Positions 21,432-29,683 of a stretch of DNA of 64,000 nt are shown here, one piece after another (position 1 is the stretch's first letter; the number at the start of each line of letters is the position of its first letter). Both the position numbers and the translations under genes were made by a program. Below the pieces are notes generated by a model. It was not told the origin of the DNA, did no database searches, and worked only from the letters and a program-made list of their open reading frames with translations. The DNA is from an uncultured Bacteroidales bacterium (lineage in GTDB: Bacteria > Bacteroidota > Bacteroidia > Bacteroidales > VadinHA17): the NCBI GenBank assembly GCA_963831935.1, contig CAWHSH010000001.1:672378-736377 (forward strand), read 5' to 3'.

Positions 21432-21519
21432 CCAGTTGCTGATTCCTGGTTCCTGGTTTGTTTGGTACTTATTATTAAACAATTACTTAGCAACAAGCAA
21501 CTAGCGACCAGCAACCTGG
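21432..21519. repeat. Heptamer-repeat palindrome ((CCTGGTT)n ... (AGCAACN)n) in the HK4 leader
   Basis: CCAGTTGCT...CCTGGTTCCTGGTT and AGCAACAAGCAACTAGCGACCAGCAACCTGG. Confidence 0.6.
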
Positions 21520-21571
21520 ATTAAAAACAATATCTTCATAAATTAAAATATGCAAAACTTAACCATCGGAA

Positions 21572-21609
21572 TGTCAAAGAAATGTAAAAAATTGTCAATG
21601 AATGTCAAT
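21572..21609 (-). promoter_or_regulatory. Direct-repeat boxes upstream of HK4
   Basis: TGTCAAA 21572, TGTAAAA 21583, TGTCAAT 21593, TGTCAAT 21603 (11/10/10 spacing); same motif as at 18394-18440. Confidence 0.65.
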
Positions 21610-21769
21610 TGAGAATGGTTGTATTTTATGTCCGCGACTCACAGTAATCCGGTAACTAATTTCATGGGTATAAATCACTACTAAAATACCAATTTAACCG
21701 CTGAATGTCAAGTAAATAAAAATTAAAATTCTTTTTCCACATAAAATTGACTTCAACTTAAACAAGCCG

Positions 21770-21777
21770 TAACTTTG
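21770..21777 (+). promoter_or_regulatory. Bacteroidetes -7 promoter box of HK5
   Basis: TAACTTTG matches TAnnTTTG, 19 bp before ATG 21796. Confidence 0.6.
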
Positions 21778-21795
21778 GCAACAAGATCAGGGAAA

Positions 21796-24027
21796 ATGTT
21801 AGAAAGTCTGAAAATAGCAATCGGGAGGCAAAAAAAGCTGATATTGCTATTCCTGCTTACCATCTTCCTGCCTTCAGTAACACTTAGTATATTCGGGATT
21901 ATCGCCCTGCGGAACGAGAGGTTCAGACTTGAAAAACAATTTCGCGAAAAACAGTTGGATATCGTCAATACGGTTAAATCAAAGGTCAACGAGAAAATCA
22001 CTGAGCTGGAAGATGAACTTCACTACCTTGTTCAGATGCCTTCATTTATCAATAATGATTATCCGGAAATTATCACGCTGGTTGAAAATCAGCTTGAACA
22101 AAACCGGTTGTCAGGTCAATTCTTCGTGGTATATAACGGAACTGAACCATCCTTCCCTCCTTTTTGGGCGGAAGATAGATTATACTCACCTGATCCGGAT
22201 CAGAGATTTACAGGTGCTGAAAAGAAGAAATCAGATCAGGCAGAAAATTATGAATTTTTACAAAATAATTATCGGGAAGCAGTTACTCTTCTTGAAGATC
22301 TTCTGAAAATCACTGTTGACAAAAATCTTCGTGGCGAAATACTGAACCGCATAGCCCGTAATTATATGAAGCAGCATAATTTTGAGTCGGCGATTACTGC
22401 TTACAACAAAATAATCCGTGATTTTCCGGAAAGCAGGACTTTTTCCGGTACACTGTTGTCTGTCACAGTGCGGCTCCAACTGTCGGAATGCTACCTGAGA
22501 TCAGGAAACAAGGAAGAAGCTTTGAAAGAAACGTTATGGGCTTTTGAAGATGTGTTACGTAATTATCATAACCTTAGCGAAAATCAGTTCTCAGCATACA
22601 CTTCATTAGTGGGACAGAAATTCAGTGACATCCGGAACGAAAATCCTGAGATTATCTCCCGGGACACAAGCTATGTTAATGATTTTAAAAGCCTTGATAC
22701 TCTATATCGGAATAAAATCAGGGAATGGCAGGTAATCAATAATCTGAAGAATGAATGTATTGCAGACATTTCAAGGGAACTCATTAAGGGCAGTGAATAT
22801 ACAGATAAGACACTCCGGTATTCAAAGAAAATTGGACCTGAAGATTATCTAATATTATCATTACTGATCCCAGATCACTCCAAAATACGGTATAGAGGTA
22901 TCGCGGGTATCACGATCAACAAATCATTTCTGGAAGACAATTTATTGCCTGATATCATGGTAAAATCAGGACTGAAAAAAGAAGCAGATTTCGCTTTATC
23001 TGATCCCGGCGGACGTATAATAGCAGGAGATTCAGCCTTATATAATAAATCTACAAATCTTACCTCTTACTTTGATAGTAATTTCCCTCCCTGGAGAATT
23101 GAGGTAACCGGGGAAATAATCAGGCCATTGCTGTTAACGGGGTTTTATAAAAGTTTCTATTTCTGGACTATTCTAACCATGATGGTTGTCCTGGCTTTTG
23201 GAATCGTAATCATTAACAGGACTATTGCTCATGAAAAGGAAATATTGAAACTAAAATCGGACTTTGTTTCATCGGTATCGCATGAATTCAAAACGCCTAT
23301 TACCTCCATAAAAGCCCTTACAGAACGGCTGCTTGATGGCACAGTGAAAGATTCCAAACGGATGAGGGAATATTACTCGGTGATCTCACAGGACGCTGAA
23401 AATCTAAGTCATCTGGTTGGGAATTTCCTGGATTTTTCGAAGCTGGAAGAGGGCAGGAAACAATACAATATTGAAGAAACAGATTTCGAAAACTGGCTCG
23501 AACAAACAATTACAGATTTTTTCAGCATGATTCCCCGCAGAAAATGTAAAATCGATAGAAATATCATTGAACCTTTGTCTCCCATGAAAATCGATAAAAA
23601 CTCCATGAAGCTGGCAGTCAATAACCTGCTGGATAATGCCGTCAAGTTCTCATCAGAAAATTCAGAAATAAAGCTGATCCTTGAAAAGGAGGATAAACAA
23701 CTTCTGCTGAAAATTCAAGATGAAGGCATTGGAATACCTAAGAATGAACAGATCCGGATTTTTGAAAAATTCTACCGTGGAAAAGAGGCTTCACATTTTT
23801 CAACCACAGGTACAGGACTGGGCCTTACCATCGTAAAGCAGATTGTCGAAGCTCATGGTGGAACAATAGAGGTTGAAAGCGAAATTGGCAAAGGCAGCAG
23901 ATTCGTTGTCAGACTCCCGTTGTGTGAAGTCTCCAGTCCACAGTCCACAGTCGGTCCCGAATCTTCGATTCGAGGATCCTCGAAAAAGCTCAAGCTTTTT
24001 CGGGACAGTCGCTTGACGACGGAGTGA
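21796..24027 (+). CDS. Sensor histidine kinase HK5 with TPR-like periplasmic domain; reads through junction element E
   Basis: TM, TPR ([16 protein letters not shown]), [23 protein letters not shown]; likely ATG 21796; 33-aa tail encoded by the repeat. Confidence 0.92.
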   Translation: MLESLKIAIGRQKKLILLFLLTIFLPSVTLSIFGIIALRNERFRLEKQFREKQLDIVNTVKSKVNEKITELEDELHYLVQMPSFINNDYPEIITLVENQLEQNRLSGQFFVVYNGTEPSFPPFWAEDRLYSPDPDQRFTGAEKKKSDQAENYEFLQNNYREAVTLLEDLLKITVDKNLRGEILNRIARNYMKQHNFESAITAYNKIIRDFPESRTFSGTLLSVTVRLQLSECYLRSGNKEEALKETLWAFEDVLRNYHNLSENQFSAYTSLVGQKFSDIRNENPEIISRDTSYVNDFKSLDTLYRNKIREWQVINNLKNECIADISRELIKGSEYTDKTLRYSKKIGPEDYLILSLLIPDHSKIRYRGIAGITINKSFLEDNLLPDIMVKSGLKKEADFALSDPGGRIIAGDSALYNKSTNLTSYFDSNFPPWRIEVTGEIIRPLLLTGFYKSFYFWTILTMMVVLAFGIVIINRTIAHEKEILKLKSDFVSSVSHEFKTPITSIKALTERLLDGTVKDSKRMREYYSVISQDAENLSHLVGNFLDFSKLEEGRKQYNIEETDFENWLEQTITDFFSMIPRRKCKIDRNIIEPLSPMKIDKNSMKLAVNNLLDNAVKFSSENSEIKLILEKEDKQLLLKIQDEGIGIPKNEQIRIFEKFYRGKEASHFSTTGTGLGLTIVKQIVEAHGGTIEVESEIGKGSRFVVRLPLCEVSSPQSTVGPESSIRGSSKKLKLFRDSRLTTE

Positions 24028-24045
24028 AGACTGCTGACTGAAGAC
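23928..24045. repeat. HK-RR junction element copy E (core 23954-24006)
   Basis: 72/73 nt identical (manual alignment) to copy D in inverted orientation. Confidence 0.9.
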
Positions 24046-24064
24046 AATAAAATCAAATTCCAAA

Positions 24065-24763
24065 ATGAAACATCAAATGAAAAAGATCCTGATCGTTGAA
24101 GATAATCCCGGCATTCAAATGAGCCTTATGGATGAATTTGAAGCCGAAGGATTTAAGATTTTCACTACCGGAAATGGAAACGATGGACTAAAGATGGTAA
24201 AAGATCATACTCCTGATCTCATCATCCTTGATATTATGCTGCCAGGATTGGATGGTTATGAGGTGTGCAAGAAATTAAGGATAGATGGGAATACCACTCC
24301 AATAATAATGTTGACTGTTAAAGATAAAGAAATCGATAAAGTTCTGGGGCTGGAACTCGGAGCCGATGATTACGTAACCAAGCCATTCAGTGTCCGCGAA
24401 TTATCAGCCAGGGTAAAAACAATCTTCCGCAGAATTGGTGAGTATTCTGGTGAATCAAACTCAATCAATATCGGCGAAACATCCCTGGATTTCAGGAAAT
24501 ATGAAGCAACAAGAAGAGGAGTTAAAATAGATTTTACTCCATTGGAATATCAAATACTGCAATTTTTTGTCAAAAACAGAGGTAAGGTAATTTCAAGGAC
24601 TGAATTATTGGAGAATGTCTGGGGAGGACAAAATACAATAGTCTCTTTACGAACAATCGACACCCATATTGCCAGTATAAGGAAGAAATTGGAGGATGAT
24701 GTTTCGAAACAGGAATTTATAATCAATATCAGGGGTGTGGGTTATAAACTTAAAGTTCAATGA
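24065..24763 (+). CDS. OmpR-family response regulator RR5
   Basis: Receiver plus winged helix (RTIDTHIASIRKKLE, IRGVGYKL); alternative start 24077. Confidence 0.95.
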   Translation: MKHQMKKILIVEDNPGIQMSLMDEFEAEGFKIFTTGNGNDGLKMVKDHTPDLIILDIMLPGLDGYEVCKKLRIDGNTTPIIMLTVKDKEIDKVLGLELGADDYVTKPFSVRELSARVKTIFRRIGEYSGESNSINIGETSLDFRKYEATRRGVKIDFTPLEYQILQFFVKNRGKVISRTELLENVWGGQNTIVSLRTIDTHIASIRKKLEDDVSKQEFIINIRGVGYKLKVQ

Positions 24764-24771
24764 CAGTTTTT

Positions 24772-24881
24772 GAAGATCCTCGTGCAAGCTACGAGGAATC
24801 TTCGATCCCAATTTGGTATTTTTTATTTTAATGCTCGCTAACCCCCCAGTAAGCAGCGGGGAATGCGCTCGCTGGGATTCA
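24772..24881. repeat. Solo REP/MITE-like hairpin element
   Basis: GAAGATCCTCGT-GCAAGCT-ACGAGGAATCTTC hairpin and degenerate CCCC..AAGCAGCGGGGAATGCGCTCGCT unit. Confidence 0.5.
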
Positions 24882-24913
24882 ATGAAATGGATTTAACGGA
24901 ACGATGTATAAAT

Positions 24914-24969
24914 TCCACACTTTCTCCACACTTCCTGAACACTCAGGCGTATAGTTCCGGGTAACTTTG
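24914..24969 (+). promoter_or_regulatory. Promoter of propeller 5: three 11-bp-phased boxes plus -7 box
   Basis: TCCACACTT 24914 and 24925, TGAACACTC 24936; TAACTTTG 24962-24969. Confidence 0.65.
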
Positions 24970-25021
24970 CATAAAAAGATCCATTGGCTGAAACAGGTTA
25001 ATGGGAAAAAGGGAGGTCATT

Positions 25022-27509
25022 ATGAAAAACTTTGAAAAAACTTCGTCCATTCTGCTTTTATCCGCTACATTTTTATTGTTTACAGCAGGAACATCATTTG
25101 CACAGAAGACTTCAGAACAGTTGTTTGAAAAAGCATTATACGCTGAAGAAATGAAAGGAGATCTTGGAGAAGCTGTAAAAATTTACCAGCAGGTTCTGAA
25201 AGAAAATCCAGGCAACCGGCAAGAATCTGCAAGAGCTTTGTTACACATTGGTATGTGCTATGAAAAACTGGGATCAGGGCAGGCAAGTCAGGCTTATCAG
25301 GATGTCATAGGTAAGTATTCGGACCAGGCAAAGGAAGTATCGATGGCAAAAGAACGGATCACCCGCCTTGAGGCCTTTACTGCTGAACTTTCCAGAGAGG
25401 CTGAAAAACACATGAAAAATGGGAATGAATTATTTAAAAGATGGGAATATGAGTCAGCTGTTAATGAGTATGAAAATGCAATTAAGCTTGGGCCAAATAA
25501 TCAGTTGGCGCTCAATGCAAGGTATTGCATTGGTCAATCGTGGTTCAGGGCAGGAAAATATGATGCAGCCCTGGCAACCTTTACCAAGCTGATCGAGGAT
25601 AATCCAAAAAGCAATATAGCACCGGTTACTGAACTTATGGTGGCACAGGTAAAACAGGCGATTGAGAAGAATAATAATACTTCAAGAATAAAGGATTATT
25701 CTGATGAAAATACTATTGTTGACCCCGAGACAGGAATCAAATACGCCAAAATCAGATCTTTCGTCGGGAAAAATGATCAAATAAGCTCATACATCAGGCG
25801 GTTTTAATATGTCCCCGGATGGCCGGTTTATGGTGTTGGAAAATAAAGTTGTCCCGGTTGATGGCAGTGATGCATTTGACCTTGTTGAAATGAATGCGTT
25901 ACGGGCTGTTTATGCTCCAGGTATGAAAAGAGCCGCATTTTATGCCGACAGCGCTATCTGGACTGTACCCGTTTCTCCTGAGACCGGGCATTCAATTGGG
26001 CAACCCCAAAAGCTGATTACCGGAACTTACAGATATCAAAGTTTCCGGTTAGCTGGTCACCCGATGGGGAAAAGACTGGCTTTGGGAAAGGGTTGATAAA
26101 ACAATAGCGGGAGATATCTGGACAATTAATGTTACAAACGGCGACCTGATGCCTATTACAACTTCTACTGATTTTGAGGGTAGTCCTGCCTGGTCACCTG
26201 ATGGTAAATTAATAGTTTATTTAATCCGGAAAAGAAAGGAATCTCTGACTGACCTCTGTTGAGGCAAAAAAACAAGGATGATTGTTAAAAGTGGCGGATA
26301 TCCAATCTGGTCGCCTGACAGCAAAATGGTTGTTCCATTCAAACCGGGAAGAACAACTATTTTTATTCATTTGATAGGACAAAAACCTTAGATTAACTAC
26401 CCGAAAGCAGGTAGGTATCTTTGTTTCTTTCTCACCCGATGGTAAGAAAGTTCTTTTTTACCGTTCTTCGAGTGATACGAAATGGCCGTTAAAAATAGTT
26501 TCAGTCCCAGGAGGTCCTCCATTTTCTCCATTTTAAATCTGTTGTTTACATGATTCTTAGTGGTTACTGACAGCAAACAAATGATGGCACAGAGTGAAAA
26601 TGAAAATGGAGATATGCTTTTTAAAATTCTCCGTAACAGGAGGACATCCGGGAGAAGTAAAAATAGAAGTTAATGTTAATGGTAAACCATTCCCATTCAT
26701 GTTTTCGGATGATCTGACAAAGGTTGCATTTTCGGTCAGGAGGGATGATGGAAGAAGGATTTATATACGTAGTCCCATTTTCGACGACTGAAGCCAGGAC
26801 CACTGGACCTGCGCGTCTGGTTTTTAAGGGATGGTCAGGAGGTGCCTATAATGTTTAATCTCCTGGTCTCATGATGGTAAAAAGATGGCTATTGTTCATG
26901 AGGGAGATATCTGGGTTGTTCACGCTGGAAGACGGGAAACCGGTAAAAATTACTAATACTCCTGAAAACGAGATATGGATTGAGCTTTTCACCCGACGGA
27001 AATATGATCTCGTATTTCATCCCTTCTGTTCAAACCGCGATTCTTTATATTATACCGGCCTCAGGGAGGTACTTCAAAAGTGCTAAATAACGATTGCAAG
27101 GGAGCCACCTGGTCAAAAGACAGCAAAAGCATTGTACTCTTGTCAAATAATGATCTAACGGTAATTTCATTAGACGGACAAAATACCAAGACACCTCCTC
27201 AACATTAAGGATATCGGACTAGCCAATGACGGAATTGAAGCCCGGTTCAGTCCGGATGGCAAATATCTTGCATTTATTGGTTATATTGGTGACAATGATC
27301 ACAGCCTCATTGTAACACTATTCAATGGAAACAGGAAAAGTTACCAGGTTAGCAGATGAAAACCTTAATGACTTTAAGTATGGACTGGTCTGGTCACCTG
27401 ATGGGAAATGGCTGTCTTATCTGAGTACGAGAATGTAAAGGTCCGTCCAGAGGGTTCTTTATGGGAAGCTGATTTTGATGAAATAAAGGAAAAACTGACT
27501 AAAGAATGA
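25022..27509 (+). CDS. Secreted double-TPR + PD40 propeller protein (propeller 5); 3' two-thirds heavily frameshifted (possible pseudogene)
   Basis: ATG 25022 behind GGAGG; signal SFA-QKTSEQLFEKALYAEEMKGDL; second TPR (ARYCIGQSWF); WSPDGK/FSPDGK motifs recur in changing frames to 27410; ends LWEADFDEIKEKLTKE* at 27509. Confidence 0.75.
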
Positions 27510-27544
27510 GTTGAATCCCTCATTCAGTTCTGATGGTTCTGTCA

Positions 27545-27765
27545 AAGAATTTTATTCAGCATTACTCCCGTAATAAGCCCCGGTTTCCTCAGATTTCCAC
27601 ACGACACTGGAGTTCGCTTATCAGGCCATCCTGACCTGCTTTGATTGCAAAGAACGCTGGCTTGATTTCCCTGCCACCGGGATTGCCAAGATACAGGTAT
27701 TCCTGATTCCCCACAGGTGACGGTATTACCTGTTCTCCTCCGACCGTAAGTTCTCATGGTTACTT
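27545..27765 (-). pseudogene. Possible fragment of a PQQ-like beta-propeller gene
   Basis: One frame reads TVGGEQVIPSPVGNQEYLYLGNPGGREIKPAFFAIKAGQDG, reminiscent of PQQ-repeat proteins; no start or full ORF. Confidence 0.3.
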
Positions 27766-27851
27766 ACCCGTCATGATTAGTCAGGATAGTTACTGGTTGT
27801 TGGCTGCTGGCTGGTTAAGATTAACAACGTGCAATCTGAAACATGCAATTT

Positions 27852-28442
27852 CTATTTATTTGTACCCAGCACCTCTCTGCCGAACGCCATGCATTCAGGC
27901 CGTTTCAGGTTGTCATATTCGGGCATTTTATATTCCTGCATCTGCTTGCGTACATCAGGTTCCATCAGACCAAAGGTTATCCTCCCCAGAAAAACTTTGG
28001 AGGGTAGATTGCTTACTCCGCAGATACTGACAAGGTGGTTATCAATAAAATCAACTGTTTGTTTCGTGCTTACAGGTTGCATCATATTGCCGCACACTGC
28101 AAAATATCCCCTGATCCTGGTTTTAAGGATATCTTTGTTCTTTTCAAGATACTCCTGCATAAGAGGCGAGGTTTTTCCTCCACGAATTGCTCCGCCCAAT
28201 AAGACATGGTCATATTGCGACAGATCAGGATTCTCACGGACGTCGAACACATTAGCTATTCCGTCCATTCCCTCGGAGATCCAAATTGCAGCATCTCTTG
28301 CTGATCCACACCATGTCGAATACAGAATTACCCATTTTTTATCTGAAGGATTGGGGTAATACTCAAGGGGGAATGCTTTTTTTGCAAGAAATAGAGTGCC
28401 AACAGTCAGCAGGCCTGCCTTAATGAAATTTCTTTTATTCAT
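27852..28442 (-). CDS. Flavodoxin-domain (HemG/Flavodoxin_5-like) protein with twin-arginine-like leader
   Basis: MNKRNFIK leader, YSTWCGSARDAA FMN loop, LGGAIRGG. Confidence 0.7.
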   Translation of the reverse strand: MNKRNFIKAGLLTVGTLFLAKKAFPLEYYPNPSDKKWVILYSTWCGSARDAAIWISEGMDGIANVFDVRENPDLSQYDHVLLGGAIRGGKTSPLMQEYLEKNKDILKTRIRGYFAVCGNMMQPVSTKQTVDFIDNHLVSICGVSNLPSKVFLGRITFGLMEPDVRKQMQEYKMPEYDNLKRPECMAFGREVLGTNK

Positions 28443-28539
28443 ACCGGAATTAATAAATAGTTTATAATGTAAATATAATCAGGGAAATCCAGAATTTCAT
28501 AAATTTGGATTGCCTTTATTAACTGATATAAGCTATAAA

Positions 28540-29658
28540 ATGAACTCAGACACCCAAGCACCCAGCCTTTCTGCACCCGGAAGGGTAACCTCGGTAGATT
28601 TCTTCCGTGGATTTACGATGTTCCTGCTTGCAGGCGAAGCCTCTGAACTGTACTCTCATCTGGTCGAGTCCAATAGCAGTATTATACACTTAATCGGAAC
28701 ACAGTTCCATCACCACGAATGGCACGGTCTCCATTTCTGGGACCTTATCCAGCCCTTCTTCATGTTTATTGTCGGGGTAGCGATCCCTTTTGCGGTAGCC
28801 AACAGGATAAAGAAGGGAGAAAGCAACAGGACCATTACTCTGCATGCGTTTAAGCGATCGGCTTTATTGTTGTTCTTTGGCTGGGCGTTGTACTTTACAG
28901 ATGCAGGGCATCTTGTATTCAGGTTCCAGAATGTTCTGGCCCAACTGTCAGTCACCTATATTATCGCTTTCCTGATAAGAAACAAGAGCTTTAAGTTCCA
29001 AATGATCTTTACCCTGGCAATTTTGCTATTAATCGACCTTGCTTACAGGTTTTTCCCGGTAGAAGGCTTTAATCATCCCTGGGTGAACTTTGAAAATCTC
29101 GGAGCATGGTTTAACAATAAGATTGAGGGCGTTGACAAAGCAAGTGAATGGGCTACATTGAACTTTGTTTCCACAACAGCTCATACTGTCTGGGGAGTAC
29201 TTTGCGGGAAGCTTCTGATGAGCGATAAACCTGCAAATAAGAAAATCCGGATTCTCCTGACAGCAGCCGTTTCCGGACTTATTATCGGATATGCCCTTGA
29301 TCTTTTAAATATAACCCCGATCATAAAAAAAATTGCTACTTCGTCGTTTGTATTTGTCAGCGGAGGCTGGACAATACTTGCTTTAACCTTCTCTTACTGG
29401 CTGATTGATGTAAAGAAATTATTCAAAAAAGGATCCTGGTTCTTTATTGTCGTCGGAATGAACAGCATCTTTATTTACCTGTTTTTTTCAATAGGTGGTG
29501 CCGGCTTTTTAAGCAGGATCGTCGAGCCTTTCAGTAAGCTTTTGTTTTCATGGGGAGGAGAGATGACTGTGGCAATTATTACCAGTTTGAGCGTATGGGC
29601 CATGATGTGGTACCTGTGTTACTGGCTTTATAAAAACAAATTGTTTATTAAGATTTAG
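28540..29658 (+). CDS. Heparan-alpha-glucosaminide N-acetyltransferase-like membrane acyltransferase (DUF5009 family)
   Basis: RVTSVDFFRG, WDLIQPFFMFIVG, PIIKKIATSSF; multi-TM. Confidence 0.8.
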   Translation: MNSDTQAPSLSAPGRVTSVDFFRGFTMFLLAGEASELYSHLVESNSSIIHLIGTQFHHHEWHGLHFWDLIQPFFMFIVGVAIPFAVANRIKKGESNRTITLHAFKRSALLLFFGWALYFTDAGHLVFRFQNVLAQLSVTYIIAFLIRNKSFKFQMIFTLAILLLIDLAYRFFPVEGFNHPWVNFENLGAWFNNKIEGVDKASEWATLNFVSTTAHTVWGVLCGKLLMSDKPANKKIRILLTAAVSGLIIGYALDLLNITPIIKKIATSSFVFVSGGWTILALTFSYWLIDVKKLFKKGSWFFIVVGMNSIFIYLFFSIGGAGFLSRIVEPFSKLLFSWGGEMTVAIITSLSVWAMMWYLCYWLYKNKLFIKI

Positions 29659-29683
29659 TTCATTCCAGTCTGGTTTGCGCTTT

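Noticed and set aside
21775-21795. TTG start of HK5 at 21775
   Set aside because: Lies inside the TAACTTTG -7 box; ATG 21796 is more plausible.
61-24045. Repeats as a CRISPR array or DGR template/variable repeats
   Set aside because: Copies are kilobases apart with whole genes between them; no cas gene or reverse transcriptase; no adenine-specific mismatch pattern.
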